Shown here piece by piece: positions 60,602 through 64,000 of a DNA stretch of 64,000 bases (positions are counted from its first letter, which is position 1; every line of letters begins with the position of its first letter). The DNA comes from Candidatus Latescibacterota bacterium (GTDB lineage: Bacteria > Latescibacterota > UBA2968 > GCA-2709665). The position numbers were made by a program, and so were the translations under genes. The notes beneath the pieces are model-generated. The model was not told the origin of the DNA and searched no databases. It saw only the letters and a program-made list of their open reading frames with translations. The stretch is taken from NCBI GenBank assembly GCA_965205485.1, contig OZ242180.1, forward strand, positions 2,976,001 through 3,040,000. The letters run 5' to 3'.

Positions 60602-61677
60602 ATGGCAGAGAGAACAAGGGTGGGTATCATCGGATGCGGCGGCATGGCCCGGTCCCATGCCAGCCGGATGAGCGAGGTGCTCGACAGGGTGGAGATTGCG
60701 GCGGTGGTGGATATCGATCTCGAGCGGGCGCGGGCGGTCGCCGGACACTTTCCCAATGACCCCGTGGTTGCGGCCGACTACGAGGAGGTCCTGGATCATG
60801 TCGACGCCGTACTCGTAGTGCTTCCCCATCATCTCCACCACCCGGTTACAGTGCGTTGCCTGAATGCGGGCAAGCACGTGCTGGTGGAGAAGCCGATGGC
60901 CAACAGTGAACGGGAGTGTCTGGACATGATCGAAGCCGCACAACGGAACGACCGGGTTCTGATGGTAGCCTACTGCATGCGGTTTCATCCCCTGATACTC
61001 AAGTTCAAGGAAGTGGTGGACAGCGGGACATTCGGCGAGGTCTTCCAGTTGTCGATCTGGACCGAGCAGCATACCCAGCGCGATCCGGAAAGCTGGCACT
61101 GCCGGGCGGGCATGCTCGGCGGAGGTCAGTTCTTCAGCCACGGCTGCCACTATATCGATCTGATGTTGTGGATGCTTGGCAGGCCGGTGAAGGGCGTACA
61201 CCTGGGAACGAATAGAGGCACGCCGTGGATGGAAAGAGAGGGCACCAGTAACGTGTGCCTGGAGTTCGAAGGCGGCATCCTGGGTATCACTTCGGCACCT
61301 GGGGGGCCAGGGGCACCCGGCTCGGATACTCCTTTCACGCGCACTGCGAGAAAGGCATGGTGGAACTTCATCTGCGCACGGGACGGGTTGTGTACCTGGG
61401 CGACGTTGAAAAACACGTGCCCGGCGAACACGATCCCGGTCAGCGGGAGATCGTATTGATGGAAGAAAAACACGCCAAACCGACGGAAGTGGAAATGGCG
61501 CACTTCGTGGATTGCATCGAGACCGGCCGGAAGCCATTGACCGACCCCGTTTCCAGCCTCGAGGGACTCAGGGTCATCTGGAAACTGTACGAGGCGGAGG
61601 AGAGCGACTCGGTCGCAGATCTGAGGGGACTCGGACTCGGTACGATGGGTGAAACGGGCGTGCAAGCAGCCGATTAG
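60602..61677 (+). pseudogene. Gfo/Idh/MocA oxidoreductase split by a frameshift
   Basis: GIIGCGGMA and GKHVLVEKP in frame 1; continues in another frame at about 61284 (YHFGTWGARG..HFVDCIETG.KP) to 61677. Confidence 0.82.
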
Positions 61678-61748
61678 CGGGTCTACCCCGCCCTGAAGGT
61701 TTTTCCGGAAAAGAACCAGAAAGTTCGTCGATGATGGGAGGAATAGCA

Positions 61749-62717
61749 ATGGACCGCGTCGTGCTTGGGGAAAGCGGCCTGTCGGTATCCCCGATCGCCG
61801 TCGGCACGTGGCAGCTCAGTCCCCGTTTCTGGGGACCGCAGTCGAAAGACGATGCGATGGCCGCGATGAAGTTCGCGTTCGATCGCGGTATCAACTTTTT
61901 CGATACGGCCGAGGCCTACGGCGATGGCTATGCCGAGACGGTTCTGGGGGAGGTCGTAAGGGATCTGCCGCGGGACGAACTCGTGCTGGCAACCAAGGTG
62001 TTCAACCACTTCAATCCCGATGGCTCCCGGTATCCCGATCTTTCGCCCGAACACATAACAGCGCGGTGCGACGTGTCGCTCGATCGGATGGGGGTCGAGA
62101 CAATCGACCTGTATCTGCTGCACATGTACGACCCGTTGACGCCGCTTGCCGATATCGCTGGAACGCTGGAAAGACTTCGCGATCAGGGCAAGATCCGGTG
62201 TTACGGGCTCAGCAACCACACGGTGGAACAATGCCGGGCGCAGCGCCGTTTCAGCAGGTACGACGTCGTCCAGCCTCCGTACAGCCTGATCGATCCGGCC
62301 GGAGAGAACGATCTGTTGCCGTGGTGCCAGTCTGAGAATGTCGGGGTGATGATCTATTCGCCCATGCACAAGGGGCTGCTGAGCGGAAAATACACCGGGG
62401 GAGAGGCGTTCGACGATTTCCGGATGAATCATCCCGATTTTCAGGGAGAACGGTTCAGGGATCTGTGTGCGAAGGTGCTGAGCCTGAAGCCGATCGCGGA
62501 ACGCAACGAACTGACGATTTACCAGCTGGTGTTGGCCGCCACCCTGATGCATCCGGCGATTCACGTGGCCATCACTGGAATCAAGACGCCGGATCAGATT
62601 GCCGAGGCCGTGGGGGCGGGTGGACGGCGCCTGTCGCGCGAAGACTATTTCGCGGTGAGAAATGCTGTGGGGCCGGGCAGCCCGAAAATTGCGGACGCCA
62701 GCGGAAAGCGGAAGTGA
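61749..62717 (+). CDS. aldo/keto reductase
   Basis: GINFFDTAEAYG, LATK, IDLYLLH, GKIR..GLSN, QPPYSL. Confidence 0.94.
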   Translation: MDRVVLGESGLSVSPIAVGTWQLSPRFWGPQSKDDAMAAMKFAFDRGINFFDTAEAYGDGYAETVLGEVVRDLPRDELVLATKVFNHFNPDGSRYPDLSPEHITARCDVSLDRMGVETIDLYLLHMYDPLTPLADIAGTLERLRDQGKIRCYGLSNHTVEQCRAQRRFSRYDVVQPPYSLIDPAGENDLLPWCQSENVGVMIYSPMHKGLLSGKYTGGEAFDDFRMNHPDFQGERFRDLCAKVLSLKPIAERNELTIYQLVLAATLMHPAIHVAITGIKTPDQIAEAVGAGGRRLSREDYFAVRNAVGPGSPKIADASGKRK

Positions 62718-62753
62718 GTGCCGTCTTGTTCGGCATGATTTGGGCCGCAATAA

Positions 62754-62913
62754 CAGCCCGTTGAAAAAGCCCATCCGGGCTACGACCGGCCCTTGCGGTC
62801 GAAATACTGCGTTGCGCGCCCTCGCCGAATCGATGGATGGGACTCGGTTGCGCGCCTTGTCTTCGACCACAATGGCTCGGCCTCGCCTGCAGAGCGACTT
62901 TATCAACGGACTG
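62754..62913 (-). mobile_element. MITE family B, copy 4 (inverted)
   Basis: Reverse complement of the 6400-6559 type; flanks ATAA/ATAG. Confidence 0.88.
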
Positions 62914-62957
62914 ATAGCCATTGGTGAGCGGTTCTTCGCGAGCTGTCCGGCGAAATC

Positions 62958-64000
62958 CTACACCTCGATACAGATCGGTCCGCTCTCCGTCTGTCCCGGC
63001 AGCCTGGCTTCAATTTTCCTGCCCGCTCGCGCTCCGTCGGGCGCGCGTTCGACAAAGACGTCGACATCCTGGCCGTTCTTGTACACCGGTCGGCCTTCCA
63101 GCGTCTGGTAGGCCACCGGCGGACAGGAGACCATTCGGATCGTGTCACCGTCGAATACGGCCGACAACGTCACTGGCCGTTCCGATCGGATGCGGATTCC
63201 GCGGCAATTGAATTCCGTTGCGTGGATCAACAGGACGCTGCGGGGCTGCCCGGATTCGTCGCGGGAAACGGATGCAAAGCGCCCTGCCAGCATCAGCCCG
63301 TCCGGCCCCGATCCGGTCTCGTAGATCGCCCGCCTGCCGCCGCCGTCGGCGTGAGTGATTTGGACAACCGCCGCCGCATTCCCCGAAAGCGTCCGAACGT
63401 CGGAGACAACCGGCTTTTGGATATAGGCTTCGTGGACGGCCACAAAGGGTGCGTCTGCCTCACGATGGCGAACCATCAGGCTGTGCCTTCCCGGATCGGG
63501 ATAGGTGTTCAGGAGAAAGGCGGTCTGTTCCGGCGAACCTGACACCGTCACCCGGTTAAAAACGTCGTTCCGGTTGGCGCCGTTTCCCGTTTCAGGTTCC
63601 GCGGGTACGCGCCATGTTGCCTGAAACGTCTCCTCCGCAAGCCCCTCACGAAATACCGGTCGGCCTCGCATGACAAAATCCGCCGGTTCGAATCCGCACT
63701 TCTCCTTCATCGCAAGACCGATCCGCGGTTCCTCACCGATTCCGTGGTAAAACCAGTCGTGTATGTTCCCGCCACGAACGCGGAAGATATCCAGCAGGTA
63801 CGAGTCGAACTGGATCAGGATTCTACGGTAGATGTCGGTCTGCGCATACACCCGGTCGCCGTGGGCTTCGGCCACCTGACCCGCGGGCAGATCGACGAAT
63901 GTGTGGATGCGCGGGACCTGTTCATCGCGAAGCTGGTCTCCGTGAACCTGCGATACTTCGTCGACGGTAACCGTATTGTGGGCGTATGAAGCGCCGCTGT
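62958..64000 (-). CDS. heparinase II/III-like protein, C-terminal part (runs off window end)
   Basis: The frame is open to 64000 and reads SYAHNTVTVDE.SQ, then YRR...YLLDIFRV.GG..HDW.YHG. Confidence 0.8.
   Translation of the reverse strand, partial: SGASYAHNTVTVDEVSQVHGDQLRDEQVPRIHTFVDLPAGQVAEAHGDRVYAQTDIYRRILIQFDSYLLDIFRVRGGNIHDWFYHGIGEEPRIGLAMKEKCGFEPADFVMRGRPVFREGLAEETFQATWRVPAEPETGNGANRNDVFNRVTVSGSPEQTAFLLNTYPDPGRHSLMVRHREADAPFVAVHEAYIQKPVVSDVRTLSGNAAAVVQITHADGGGRRAIYETGSGPDGLMLAGRFASVSRDESGQPRSVLLIHATEFNCRGIRIRSERPVTLSAVFDGDTIRMVSCPPVAYQTLEGRPVYKNGQDVDVFVERAPDGARAGRKIEARLPGQTESGPICIEV

Noticed and set aside
1..64000. CRISPR array, cas genes, tRNA or rRNA
   Set aside because: No regularly spaced direct repeats with unique spacers and no recognisable cas, tRNA or rRNA sequence; the repeats are dispersed TIR elements or short tandem tracts.

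Overview
A GC-rich bacterial chromosome segment with about 45 genes and no rRNA, tRNA, CRISPR array, prophage or transposase. The gene content (PorV-like barrels, a T9SS-like C-terminal domain, GWxTD proteins, a dockerin-like repeat, many catabolic enzymes) suggests an FCB-group organism such as Latescibacterota; this is inference only. Housekeeping genes are partial yicC, era, rpiA and an orphan sucD. There are several poorly characterised envelope modules: (i) a ~1600-aa fusion of a catalytically degenerate M28/PA domain with a MacB/FtsX-like permease, followed by an OPT-like membrane protein (a related DUF6785-type protein lies at 44 kb); (ii) a four-gene locus of OM barrel, TonB-dependent receptor, secreted protein with T9SS-like CTD and PorV-like barrel, behind a structured ~160-nt leader; (iii) an L,D-transpeptidase cluster with an inactive paralogue; (iv) a zincin-propeller-Omp85 fusion; (v) two TPR-GWxTD proteins. 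A catabolic tail follows (aminotransferases, GGT, sulfatase, CocE/NonD hydrolase, dehydrogenases, heparinase-like protein). Intergenic DNA holds at least five families of small non-autonomous repeats, including a MITE with a swappable central segment, and two candidate structured RNAs. Two genes carry single-base frameshifts. All family assignments are by motif recognition by eye; no database searches were run.
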